From Negaprion brevirostris (lineage: Eukaryota), in contig JARDVH010000106.1 of assembly GCA_030324005.1 (NCBI GenBank), positions 52,009,185-52,073,184 of the forward strand: a stretch of DNA of 64,000 bases, in the 5' to 3' direction. Position numbers and translations under genes: made by a program. Shown piece by piece: positions 46,324 to 59,841 of this stretch (its first letter is position 1; each line of letters starts with the position of its first letter). The notes below the pieces were generated by a model, which made no database searches, had not been told where the DNA came from, and saw only the letters and a list, made by a program, of their open reading frames with translations.

Positions 46324-47239
46324 TAATGATGACCATGACAACTAACATCAATTGTTTAAAAACCTATCTGACGCACCAAGGGAAGGAAATTTGCCATCCT
46401 TACATAGTCTGAATCATAGCAATGTGGTTGAATCTTAATGTCCTCAAATGGCCGAGCAAGCCATTCAGTTCAAGAACAATTAGAATGGGCAACAAATGTC
46501 GGCCATACCTGCAATGCTCACATCCCATAAATGATAAAGAAAAAAAGTGATATTTGCTTCATATGTGTGAAATACAGGATCCTCTTTATTCTTCAATTGA
46601 TACATCATTCGCATTTTCTAATCCCTCCTACCATTCCCTAAAACACCATTACGACATTGTAGTTCATAGTCAGACAGCATGTAAGGCAAACTTAAGCCAG
46701 AGGTCAACAAGAACCAAGTTGTATACTTTTTTTTGTCCTTTATAAAGCTTATTATTTTGGGATCACTTGCAGGGGAGAAAGGTTCCTTGAAATGTTACAA
46801 AGTGCAATTCTCCAGAAGTGAGCACGATTGCAAAAATATCTGACAGTTTGTCAGGGATACCATCATTCAACGAATGAAGGACCAAACAACATAGGTAATT
46901 TTACTTGCTCTTTGCCTAACACTAACTACTTTGTTAGGCAATGATCAAGTAAAATTACCTACTACTTTGTTGGAATAAATTAACTTCACGGATTAACAGT
47001 AAACAGAAATCTAATACAGGCTGTCACTTCAGTGAAACCATCAGCAAGCGACAAATGGTTAAAGGTGCCACCCTTTAGATTGACATTAAACCTGTTCAGA
47101 TGGAAATTAAAGATCTAATGGCATGTTTCATAGAGAAACCAGGCATTTGTTCAGTAATCTATTAACATTTCTCTCTCAAAATCTGTATGACTGGTCAATC
47201 ATCTCATTTGTGATGTCCCACATTTCAAGAGAGAAGAGA

Positions 47240-48370
47240 TAAGTTTTTTTGTTCCACAAGCTGGAACAAAGGGTAATTGTCATTTCAGTGTTTATTAGAT
47301 TCCGAGTCCACAATTGGTACTGTAAAATAATCATGATTTGACGGTGCATCTGACATTTCTGGCTTGAAATGATTTGGTGTTGAAACTGTGGTCATGGTGT
47401 GCAATTCCTCCTCATCCTCTTGGAATTTTCTTCAGCTTTTGCCCCAACTGAAAGCTCAATTTTCCTCCAATTGCTTCCCCAGCTCAGCAGGACTGCCCTC
47501 ACTTGCTTCTATCCTATTCTTCTCACCCCCAATCCCCAACCCACCCATCTACATGTTACCTCACAGCAATATCACTGTAGACATGGGATATTTCTGAAAT
47601 GTATGCATTTGACTATTTCTCCGTCACATTCACTGGTCCTTTCTGTTCTGATATCTAATCTTGGATGAGCCTTAATTTTCACCAGTTAAGCAAGATCAAA
47701 ATCAATGGCACAGGTCCATGCCCCTCATTTTTCCACTATCTCAATCTGAACCAAACTGTTCACAGCCTAAGTATTCTGTTTGATTTTGACGCAAGTTTCT
47801 GACCTCATATGCTTTCCATTATAAATACCAATTTTCCCTTTTGTTACATGCTCTGTCCCCCCAAGTGTTGTTGAAATACTTACACATTTCTTTGCCACCT
47901 CCAGATTTTCTTACATTAATGCTATCCTCGCTGGCCTCTTGTTATACACTCTTCATAGACTTCAACACATCTGATATTCTATCACATACCAAAGACCAGA
48001 ACTGATCATTGATGTCATTGCTGGCCTTATTGATTCACTGTAATTAAACGTTTCAAATTAAAATTCTTATCTTTGAGCTTAAATGCCTCTGGAATCCCAG
48101 TACTCCCTTCTTACGTAACCTCCTCCAGCACTTGAGTTTCTATCCTTCTGATTTGCCCCCTTGGGTTCTCTCACCTCTATTTGCCGAATCATTGGCAGAT
48201 ATAAATTCAGGAGTCCAGGCTCCACTGTTCAAACGTCTTTTGTCCAGCCCTCTTGTAGGACTGTCTTAAAAGCCAATTCCTTCTCCTTTAAAGCCCACTG
48301 CTTTGATCAAGCTTTCAGTTATCCTTCATTCTTCCACTTCAATTTTTCTTTCCTGGAAGCCTCAATAACA
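47240..48370 (+). mobile_element. Old L2-like LINE RT/3' fragment
   Basis: Pyrimidine-rich decayed ORF ('ttcttatctttgagcttaaatgcctc', 'ctttaaagcccactgctttgatcaagctttcag') typical of L2 3' regions. Confidence 0.55.
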
Positions 48371-48974
48371 TACCTTTGAATATTCTGAAGCTGGCTCTTT
48401 TGTCCTTACGCTCATAGCACCATCATTTGGCAATTTAGAATGGCCACTAAAACAGTTTTACCTTGCATCTTTGAGGCACAATTTGGTTATTGTTAATATT
48501 GTCTTTGTGCTCCTGAAAATGTCTTGATTTGGAACTCCAAGCCATATAGTATTGAAGTATTAGTGGTCACTTGTCCCTGTTCTAGCATCTATTCTTTAGA
48601 GATTGGCTTATGGTTACTTATTTCTGTACTCCTGAGGTTGTCCTTAATGATTCACTGGGTCAGCATCATGCTGTCAAGCTAACAGGTTGGGAATGCAGGA
48701 AATAATATGATGAAACAGTAACTGGGTTAGAAAGGTGGCAGACATCCTGCAGATACACTTACTTCTGGGTTACCTCAACTATGAGATTCCCTCACACCTG
48801 ACTCCCAGCACATCAGCAAATTAAAATCCATCTTATGGGTGTGGAGCTTGGAATACTTTCTAACAAACAATGCATCGTGGTCTTCTGAGAGCTAATTATT
48901 TAGAATCTTATTTGAAGCATCAATCCATCTCATTAAAAATTGATATTATTGTTTTAAATAATAGTTGGGATTTG

Positions 48975-49555
48975 AAAAAGCTCAGAGAAGGTTCACTGGG
49001 CTGATTCCTATGTGAAAGGGATTGTCTTATGAGGAAAGGTTGAGCAAGTTTGCCTATTATTACAGTTTAGAAAAATGAGAAATGATCTTGTTGACAGGGT
49101 AATTGCTGAACAATGTTTCCTCATTGGTGGGGTGGGGGCAGGTGTGTGGATGTAGAACTGGAGACAAAGGGTGGGATTTTGGATCTGTCCTTGCTCAACC
49201 TTTCCATAATCAGCCCCTCGCCCATTCTGATTCCCATGGCGGCCAGAATGATAAAATTCTGGCCTTAATTTCAAAATAAAGAGTCTCCTACTTAAACCAG
49301 AGATGAGGTAGAGTTCTCTCAGTGGGTCTTTAGTCTTTGGAATTCTCTTTCACAGAGAGCAGTGGAGGTTGGATCACTGAATATATTCATGGCCGAGTTC
49401 AACGGATTTTTGATTGACAAGGGAGTCAAACGTTATGGGGGACAAGCAAGAGTGTGGAGTTAAGGCCACAATTAAGATCAGCCATGACCTTACTGAATTG
49501 TGGACCAAAACCAGTGAATGACCTATTCATGTCCCATTTCTTGGGTTCTTATAAT
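48975..49555 (+). mobile_element. CR1 3' end with a nested MITE (about 49169-49265)
   Basis: QRRFTGLIP..LSYEERLSK; MITE 'gggtgggatttt...aaaattctggcc' interrupts the CR1. Confidence 0.8.
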
Positions 49556-52129
49556 CTTATAGATATAAAAAAAAGAAGTTAATGAGGTCTCTCATATATG
49601 CCACAGACTCCAAATTTCCAAGTGAATCCAAAACTGAGCATGATGTTTAAGCAATTTGAGCTCCACAAAACTTAAAATCTAAAGATACTCAGCTAAATTA
49701 AGGTTAGAAAATTGGGAGTTGAAAGACTCCATGGTTTAAATCTGCTTGTTTTGTAAGTGAATTATGAAAACAATACTTATTGCAGCCTACATACTGATTT
49801 GAGTACAGCATTTAATTACTACTGCTACCAGTAGCACTACTTTGCAGCCCTGGCCTCTTGTTCTGCTGTTTAATTTATAACATTCTGGATTAACCTTTTC
49901 AATACTTTATATATTTAAGATCCCCTCTCAGATAACTCTTTCCAAGATGGAATGTCCACTGCTACCCATGTATAACATGATAAATAACACCTCCAAGTTA
50001 TCACTTTTTTTGCAAGTCGAAAGTTAAGCAGGGAACCAACTAACTTTTGAAAATATCTCAACAAACAGCTCAGAAACCAAACTGGCAGCAGTAAACACAA
50101 ATTATGTCCTTACCACTATCATGGGCTCTTCCAACTCCTTCGCAATGATGGCATGTCCAACCACCTTCCCTTCAGCAGCATTTCAGTTTTAAGAAAATCT
50201 ACAATATATCCTCCCTCTCAGCCACCTATACTTTTGATATTTGTTGGCATCTGTGTATTTCAGTCCAGTGAATCTACCATTGGGTGCCTACCAAGTATCC
50301 TTCATGGAATGTACATTACCTCACAAGTGGTAGTCAACCAGACTGATGAGCAAAAGAACCTGCTGGGACCATGTGTCAAGCTTAAACCAAAGTGTCACTA
50401 AAAGTTTTGAATTATTAGTTAAACTTCGCACAAACTATAAAAACGCAAGTAAGAGTCAGGTCAAGTGGCCGATTTTAAAAACAACCTAAGGCTTTTGAGA
50501 ACTCAGTCTGGAGATTATTATTAAAATAAATGGTGAAATTTTTTCAAAATATAAATGTGTAGCCAATCTTAAACTTAATCAGTTGCATTTTATTGCACAC
50601 TTGGGAGTTCTGAATTAAACCTCTCTTAACAAAATGGCAGTGCAAAGTAGGGCACCAATTTCAACTGGAAATTTAATTTGGTGATATAAACGCTTAACAA
50701 AGTATTATAAATGCCTCATTTTCTCTGATAAAAGTCAAGAATTGTTGCTCATCTAATTCAATTCATTTAACAAAAAATATTATTTCAATAATCAGTCGGA
50801 GTCTTGGCCAAGGCAAAACTGTGGACTCTCATAAATAATATAAAGAAGGCACATTTTGAAACATGTCAACACAGTAGTCATAAAAAGCATTTACTGTCTT
50901 ATATATTCAGTCTGTAGATCAGCCAAATGCATTTATGTCTATAAAATATTTTCATATTCCCAAATTTGCAATATGTTCTGATCAAGCCTGTGATTTTTGT
51001 GGTTTAAATTGCATTTGGATTTTAATGAACTTACTCTTGCAGTGTAACCCCTAGCCCATAATCCAAATAGCAATTTATATTAATGCTCAAAATTACTCAG
51101 CTAACTATGCTGAAAATATTACTTCCAACAACTGTAAACAGTTATGTGCTGATACTGAAAGAAAAGCAATAGCTTTTTAAGTGACAATTCACATATTTCA
51201 AACAATTTAAAATCTACACGCATAATTAATGCAACAGTCTTTCTCTATTACTGCATCATAATTTATTATTGATCATGGAGGTTGCATAAATTTTAGCTGG
51301 GTTTAAAAAAACCTCATGTTAGGTTCCATTCACGATATGCTTAATTGGCTGACAAGCACTTTGGGAACTTCTGAAGATGAATAGCACTGGAAAACACGAG
51401 GCTACTTGCCCTCTAAAATACTACTGGCTCACATTATCTAAAGAGATACCATTTGTGACATCTGGAGTACTTTTTTCTTTTCCCTTTCTTTAATGAAATA
51501 AAGAACCCCATCCCATTGAAACCTGCTGGCTTTATTATTAAACATTGTAGTTGAGAAAAACAATCACCCATGTTAGGAGGGCTTACCAACATTTTAATGA
51601 AGTCATTTGTCATCACAAGACAGCAAGGGCTTTCCAAGTTATTCAAGAAAAGTTTGCGGTTTTTAAACTAAGATTTTCTTGAATCCAGAATCAATGATCT
51701 CTTATTGAAAGCTGATTCTGTCTGTAAATATCAACAAATTGCAATCTCTGCAGTACATTCTGACATTCAAAGCATGATTCTATGTAATTTGATTTTTACA
51801 ACATAGCATGCATTATTGTCCAACAGTAATCTTTTATACCATCCAGCTGCAGTGGGCCTCATGAATTCTCACATTTCCCTAGGCCTACTGCTCATTTGTT
51901 TGTTCAATCATCAAGATGGGTGTATTAACCCATTGTTTGGTTTAGCAGCTCCTACACATTTAACCACAGCTGGAAATATTATGACACTTGCACAAAATCC
52001 ATCTAATATTATCCAATCACATCCAAACCTTCACAATGGGCCTTTGGACTACTTGGAATCTGCAATGAATCATTTACTTCTCCATGTTATCTGTGGAGCA
52101 GAAAGGGCAACTGTGGACTCAGAATTATT

Positions 52130-53780
52130 TCAAAGAATCATGGAATTGTTGTGGCACAGGAGAAGGCTATTTTTCCAATTGTATCTACATTGCTCTGCTA
52201 ACAACCACTATGACTTGTAACCTTACCAAAGCCTTGCACAAATGTAGTAAGGCACCCTTATTTTTGTTCTCTCGTTCCCTTGCAATAAAGGCCAACATGC
52301 CTTTGCCTTCCTACTTGCTTGCTATACCTGCATGCTGACTTTGTTTGTCCGAGAACACCAAATTTACTATGAATATTATTATCCAGAATTGTCACGCCTT
52401 TTACAAAATATTCCTGTTTTTCTGTTACTATTAAAGTAAATAATCTCAAACTCCGTCTGTCACCTTGTTGTCCACTGAACCTGTCAATACTACGGTGCAA
52501 CCTTTTTTGCATCCTTCTCAGTTTGCATTCCCACCTGGATTTGTGTTATCAGCAAACCTAGGTACGATACGATGAATCTCTGTTTAAGTCATTATTATGG
52601 TGTGGTAATAGCCAAGACCCTAGCATTGATTATTGCAGCCTGCCAGCTTGAAAATGGCCTCTTTATCTTGACTATATATCAAACAAATTGGTATTTGAAG
52701 CCTTGAAAAATTCCTTCAAAAATGGGGATCAACGTATACCCCAAGTAGAAAAAATGTGAGCAGTTGCAATTTCAAAATCCAATCACCATCCATAAAGAGT
52801 GGCCATGTTTCAAACTCCTGCGTATCTTCACAATAGAGCTCATATCATCTGCTTGCTAATTTCTGCTTCCAATCAATTAACCAATCTCCATCCATCACCC
52901 CCAACTCCATGTACTTTATCTTGTCCTTTGGCCTTTTAGGTGGAATCTTGCACCTTTCCCTCTGGCGAGTTTGCTGGCAGAGGGATAGTTAATCTGAAGG
53001 GAGGGTGCTGGTATGGACACAACCACTTTTCCAATTCCATCCCAATTAAATCCATGGTGGGAAGGCCAAACTTTCTACTCCATTGCCAATTGAGACTCTT
53101 CAATGGTAAATCAGGCCATTTAAGGGCTTGATGCTGCCAATTCTGCTATTACTCCAGCAATGGTTCCTTCTGTGGCCTAATGGTCCCCTCCCTAACATCC
53201 ACTCTCTGAATCCTTCCTTCATCATGCACCTCATGGTCTGGGATCTAGTGACAAATGTTAGACCTCAGATGGGTGTCATCCAGCAGTAATCACTGCTCCC
53301 ATTCAAGTGGGGCTGGTGGCTAGCAGCTCCTGGCAGGGACTTCCATGTCAGAACCCTTAATCATGCCAGTGGCCTGCCAATTGCTCGAGTGAACAAAATG
53401 TGGCATGCCTTCCTGAAAAGCAACAGAGGGGTCATACCGGCACTTCAGCCAACGGCCAAGATGCTCTGCGCTCGACATATGACACTTTATTGAATGCCCT
53501 GTGCGTACTACATCTACTGGTTCCCATTTACCTACCCTACGTGTAACATTGTCAAACTCAAAAACAATTATCCAAAAATACCCTCTTTCTAAAGTGGATT
53601 AGACTTCCTTAATAACAGATTCCAAACTTTTCCTAATGACTGGTGCTTGTAGTTCCCAGTTTTCTCTCTCCTTTTTGAATAGCTACATTTACAAATTTCC
53701 AATCCAGTGGAATCCAATTCTGGAATCTAGAGAATTTTAGGAAATCATAACCATCCCATGTGTTATTTCTGCAGCTAAAA
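52130..53780 (-). mobile_element. Fragmented old CR1 with an embedded non-autonomous DNA element (about 52937-53480)
   Basis: Antisense CR1 RT words (aataaaggccaacatgcc, tcagcaaacctagg, ggaatctagagaattttagg) around a GC-richer insert starting 'aggtggaatctt'. Confidence 0.55.
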
Positions 53781-53974
53781 AGTTGAAGCAAATATGGATG
53801 TTATCACAGAACAAATGAATAGACCATAAAAGGAAAGATTCAGGATCATCAAACCAAAGTTGGCAATAAATTTCCAAAATGCTGTATAAAAGAACAATAA
53901 GATGACAATCAGGTTGCCTTATGTCCTTGAATTGAGAAAAAGTAACTTAAAACCACATTTATTTTTTCACAGGA

Positions 53975-54810
53975 AGTGAAAGGTGGCCAGGCCAGCATTT
54001 ATGCCCCATCCCCTATTATCCTCAAGGAGGTGATGGTGAGCTGCCAGAAATGGTGGTTTCTGGGATATTTTCTGTAAGGTATGATTCCATGAGTATGACT
54101 ATATCAGGCTGTTATTTGATTAGTCTGCAGGATGGAACTTTGTAAGGAAAACATTTTTAAAAGTTATTGTTAGTCACAAGTAGGCTTACATTCACACCAC
54201 AATGAAGTTACTGTGAAAATCAGTCACCACATTCCAGCACCTGTGCAGTTACACTGAGGGAGAATGGCCAATTCACCTAACCTGCACATCTTTGAACAGT
54301 GGGAGGAAACCAGGGCACCCAGAGGAAACTCATGCAAACTCCACACAGACAGTGACCCACGCCAGGAATCGAACTTGGGTCCCTGGCACTATAAGGCAGC
54401 AGTGCTAACCACTGTACCACCCCAGGCAGCAGGTCTACAGGACTAAGTGTTCCATTGTCGTTTCCAATGCCGAGGTTGATGCCGTGGTCTGTTGGTTCCA
54501 TTCTGTACTGACATTTCTGTAACAGTTTGGTACAACTGAGTGGTTTGCATTTCAGAGGACATTTGGATGCTGTAGATCTGGAATCACTTGGCAACAGGCT
54601 ATGTAAGAATGGCAGATTTCTTTTCCTGAAGGACACTAATGAATCAGATGGGTTTTTAAGATATCCAACTATGGTTTCATGGTCACCATTACTGAGACTA
54701 GGTTCTAATAACAGATTTAGAATTTTAATTAAATTCCACCAGCTGCCATAGTGGGATTTGAACCCATGTCCCCAAAGAATTCCACAGGCCTGTGGATTAC
54801 CAGTCCATTA
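53975..54810 (-). mobile_element. Internally deleted copy of the tRNA-headed LINE (head, 5' ORF start and tail), with a V-SINE inserted at 54155-54422
   Basis: 54446-54810 is homologous to 13120-13480, 54055-54130 to 12995-13070, and 53985-54045 to the 3' tail. Confidence 0.8.
54155..54422 (-). mobile_element. V-SINE, alternative-tail variant
   Basis: Same head and tail as 4198-4493. Confidence 0.85.
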
Positions 54811-54824
54811 ACAAAATTAAGGAT

Positions 54825-55520
54825 ATAGGCTATCAGATCCTAGGTATCTGTCGGCTTTTCATCCCTCAAGTTTCTCCAATACTCTTTAACTGCTGATGTT
54901 AATTATTTTAATTTCTTAATTTCCATTAGTGCCTAGGTTACCCACTATTTCTGGTATTAATTTGTGTCTGATACTGTGAAGGCAAACAAAATGTTAGTTC
55001 AGTGTCTCAATTTCCTTATTTCCCATGATGATTTTTCCTGTCTCTGCCTCAAAGGAACTAATGTTTACTTTAGCTATCCTCCTTTGCATGTTGTTGTAAA
55101 AGCTCTTATAATCTTTTGTTTTTAGGTTCCTCAGTCATTTATTCTCATATTTTTCCCATTTTTGTAAACTTCTGATCACCTTTTGCTGTTTTCCTCAGGC
55201 ATCCAACTATTCTTGCTACATTAGACATCACTATCCTTAATTTCTGTATAATCCAGAGATGGATTATTCTTGCTGTTAATAGAATGTAATTTTATTGAAC
55301 ATTTTGAATTGCTTCTTTAAATGTTTTTGACTGTTTATTTACCACAATACTTTTCAATCTATTTACCCAATCATTCTTAGTCAGCTCTCCCCTCAGACCA
55401 AGTAATCGTGTTTTTTTTAAGTTTAAGGTTCTTGTTCGGGATTAGAATCAGTAGCATTCAAACTTAATGTGGAATTTAATTGCAATATGATCACATTGTC
55501 ATGTTGGATCAATTTGGTTA
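54825..55520 (-). mobile_element. Old CR1 ORF2 fragment
   Basis: T-rich antisense CR1 sequence collinear with 61230-61950. Confidence 0.6.
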
Positions 55521-55699
55521 TTCCACTGATACCAAAGGACTACTGAGGGAATTTTCAACTTTTGATAGTGTATGGCCAATTCATTTAAATGGCAAATCCT
55601 TCATAAAGTTTTTTTTGCACAGTGGCACACACTTGATAATTTAATGGAGTCAACCTGCTTGTGGTCTGCACGGAAACTTTTGCACAGTTCACAGGAAAT

Positions 55700-56190
55700 G
55701 TTGGTTATAAGTGGACAAGCAGCATGCTCACCTATTTCTGGGTGTAATGCTATTTAAATATGCAATATAGAATCCTGATTTTAGGTGTCAGCATGTGCCA
55801 TGCAGACTCTACCTATTTGGCTTGGGTGGTGTGTGACCTATCCAGGAAGTCAAATAATCACTGCTGGCCACTGTAGAACAGACCCAGAGATTATACTGAA
55901 GCGATTTTTTTTGTTGTGAAGAGAACGCCGTGTCTCACAAATATACTGTACCCACTGCTAGCTTGGGTTTGACCTCCTCAGAAATGAGCACCTCACCATC
56001 TGCATCCTCAGAACATGCCAGCTCTGCAGGGAAGCCACCAAAAATCTAGCACACCCTTGACCAGTAAGCTGCAGGGATACTTGCTTGGTGTGACATTCAC
56101 ACAAGACTCCATGACAAAAACGCTTGAGATTCCCCGACACATCATGGTTGCTCATCCAACTTCGGTTTCAATTGGGCCCTGAAATTGGTC
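55700..56190 (-). mobile_element. Decayed Harbinger-like element (Myb/SANT-like remnant)
   Basis: GQGCARFLVASLQ.. resembles the 'R.PRFSDASLE' start of the 5486 motif. Confidence 0.4.
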
Positions 56191-59100
56191 TATGTTAACT
56201 GCAAGGATTCTTTTCATTTATTAACGCTCATCCAGTTTATAGTCCAAAAGCTACAAAAGGCATTAGTGTGTGAACCTTTGTTTCTTTTCCCCCCAATGGA
56301 ATCAAGAACAAAATATGGAGAAATTTAAATGAAATACATTAATTGATGTTTTAAATGCAGCTTTCTAATAAATATTAATCACTTTTATCAATAATGCATC
56401 AAGTTAATTGCTTTCTCTTGATCATGGAGTACTGAGAGGCTGAATAAGCAGGTTAATTGAAAAAAAGTGGCCAGTTTGTTTTATTACACAGGTGTTAGAT
56501 CTGGATCAGTAATCTTAAATAGGAGCTATGCCACTTAATTCAAATATAGGACTTTTCCAGCTTATATACTTGATAGGTTACTCTTTTGAACTTCCAGAAG
56601 TATTCCAATCTCGCATTCAGATTTTGAAAAGTACTTCTCTATCCAGTTTGCAAACAAATGCTTGGTCCATTGTAATTCACAGAAATAAGAACCAGAAGGT
56701 GGACAGTGGCAAATCCCCATGTAAATATTAATCTTCAGGTACCTTACACCTGATCCAATTGATAGTGCAATTTATTGCAGGAATTATTTCAACTTTCTAG
56801 AGAAAGATTATAGCTATAGATATGCTGTCATTGCTTCTGTTAACTTACCCATTTGTCATTTAATAAATACCTTTAAATAATCTAAGCAATGATCTAGTGA
56901 ACTCCACTGAAGCATCTTCCAAGGTGAATAAAGATTACGAATAAGATAACTAATAAGGCAAACATAGTAAAAATGGTTCCTTGAGTTTGCTGCAAAGGTC
57001 GGGTCAAGACAGATTAGGTTATAAGGAAAGAGGAGCTGTCTTTGGTTTTGGTCTGAATGCCAAGCAAGAGAAAAACAGAGAGGCCAGGATTTCCATTGAT
57101 TTTTGGGGAAACCAGACAGTAGGCACAGCTAGAAAATTCAGGCTCAAACTTCCTCAAAGAGTGTATTCAGTAATTTGCATCAAATATTATGGTGCGCGGG
57201 GGATGGGGGTGAGTCCCACCCTCAATAACTGTTGGTCAATCTAATTGGCTGGAACTTCTGGCAAAGTAGTAGGTGCTACCAGGACTCCATGGAGGCAGCA
57301 GAGAAAGAGAATTGGCCAATGGAGAGGCACTGGGGTTTTAAGGCAGTGAGGGATCACAGATATCAGGCAGGTGAGTGGTGGGGGGTGGTGGGGGAATGCA
57401 ATTTGTGGAAGGCAGGTGAGAGAAGCAAAGAGCAGGGGGATTTCACTCTTGGAACCACCCAGTCGACATCCTGCCCTATATTTTCAAAGGAACCCTTTCA
57501 AAAACGGCCTTCACACCCTGACCCGCCCACTACTGCTCAGCATTTCTCACCCACTTCTTTGTAAGCATGCCTGCCTTGGAGCCACGAAATTCAGTTCAAT
57601 GTCAGTGCTGATCTCCTAGGAATTTCAGTGTACAGTGAAAAAAAATCAGCACAAACAAGTCAATATTGGCATAAATAATTGAGGCCCAAAGATAATTCAA
57701 TGCTCACACAAGCACTGACTTAAAATATGACCTAAGAATTCAGCCTGCCCCATTACTTGGTAAATACGTTCCACAGAATAAGAAAGGGGATTACTAAAAT
57801 CTTCCAACCTAACATCATAACATCACAACAGTTACTCTAGCGTTCAAACTGGAGCCCAGCACTAACTTCTCAGGTCTACTGGGGTTGGACTATATATAGA
57901 ACACTACAGCACAAACAGGCCCTTCGGCACACAAGTTGCACCTCAGAAGTTCCACTCACTCACCACCCTCTCTGAGTTAATATACAGTTAATACACAGTG
58001 GTTATCATGAGATCAGAATGTAGGTCAGTTCTGGGGAAAAAAAAATGAACAATCCAGCTGGCTGATCAGAACCAAATAATGTTTCATAAGGTTTGTGTAA
58101 CTGACCTGCGCAAATAATGACGAGTCAAAACTCACCTACTCCGAGTACAAAATGAATAATCACTACCTTAAAAAGACAATTTTCAAATTACCAACTGAAA
58201 TGATCCAAGGGGCAAAAGAAACTCACCATTTTAAATGCTAAATTATTTTAGGAAAATAAGTATGCCTTGTCTTAATCTCATGATGACCACTGTGTATTAA
58301 CTATTTCTTGTGAAAATGAATTGTCAGGTAACACGGTTCTTACAACTATCAGATATGCTGGACTTGGTTATGATTAGAATGGGGGCGGGGGGGGGGGAAA
58401 GAAGAGGGAGGCGGCAGCTGGGGGAGCACGGAACATGTCAAGTCATGATGCTCAAGACATCTTGAGCTGTGAGACAGGTTTGATGGGCTTTTCCAGCCTG
58501 CCAATTTCATATGTTCCTAGTCATTTTAAGCTATGGCAGACTTGTTACCACAGTAGCGGAAACCTCCTGTCAGTTTTGATTCGTCATTGTTTCCACAGGT
58601 CATTTACACAAACCTCATGAAACATTATTTGGTTTTGATCAGCCAACTGGATTGTTCATTTTTTCCCCCAGAACTGACCTACATTCTGCAAAAGGAATAT
58701 CAGCTGCTTAAAATGGGACACAAGACAAGTTACCAAGAGAGATTGTTGTTGGAATGAGAATGAATGACAGATTTACAGGAATGAAAAACACAGACTGCCT
58801 ATTCCTCAAATCAATTCAATCGCGATAAGAACACTGAATTATACATGAATTAGGAGAGTGAAACAAATGTATTTCAAAGGGTAAGCACTGGTTAATAAGA
58901 ATAATGCAAATTGAACATCGACAGTACCTTATACACACATTTCATTTAATCAGCTCAGGACTATACCTTCTAACAATTTGACTTTGCAACTGGAAATCTT
59001 TCTATTTAATTCAGATTACCCAGAATGCAGCAGTTTTGATTCTGAATAAATGATGCCACTATTTCGAATTTACATATCCAAATGATGCCATTTTTACTAC

Positions 59101-59714
59101 AACATAATTTCTCAAAAGGTAAAGATAATATCAAACTAATGACGATATTTTATATAGGCACACAAACTCAAAATTTGCAACATGAGAATGATTACCAACC
59201 AGATAATTAAAAATTTTAACAGTGCAATTTCATATGAGGATAAATGAGACAGCCTAAACATTTAAGAACTAGGAGCAGAAGTAGGCAGATTAGCCCCTCG
59301 AACCTGCTCCGCCATTCAATACAATCATGGCTGATCCTGTCTTAGGAAAATGGAGTTGAGGCTATCTGTTCTCCATAACCCTTCAACCTCATATTAATTA
59401 AAAACCTATCTCCTCCTTCACCTTACTCAACGTCCCAGCATTCACCACACTCTGGGGTAGTGAATTCCACAGATTCGCCATCCTTTGGGAGAAGTAGTTT
59501 TCCCTCATCTCTGTTTAAAATCTGCCATTCCTTATCCTAAAAACATGACACCTTGTTCTAGATTGATCCACAATTGGAATCATCCACTTTATGTCTACTT
59601 TGCCAATTCCTTTTTATTAGCTTATACACCTCAATTAGATCTTCTCTCTTCTTTTAAACTCTGGGGAGTTTAGGTNNNNNNNNNNNNNNNNNNNNNNCAT
59701 AAGACAAACTCTTT

Positions 59715-59841
59715 GGGCAGGATTTTCAGGCTGTGCTCATCCCAAGACCGGAAAATCCCGCCCAATGTCAATGGACCTTTGTATGGTCTGTGTCCTGTCC
59801 ACTACAATTCCCAAGGTGGGTGGGTCGGGAAAATTCTGTCC
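59715..59841. mobile_element. MITE inserted in CR1
   Basis: TIRs gggcaggatttt / aaaattctgtcc; interrupts 'cataagacaaactctt|catctctggaatc'. Confidence 0.8.

Larger units (their letters stand above)
45655..46545 (+). mobile_element. tRNA-headed SINE with two nested insertions
   Basis: Head 'ggtggcataatggtaatgtcactgga', body and tail, interrupted at 45700-45821 and 45935-46323. Confidence 0.85.

Noticed and set aside
58135-58165. Possible 31-nt minus-strand micro-exon (taag|...TAG|gtgagt)
   Set aside because: No supporting homology or partner exons.
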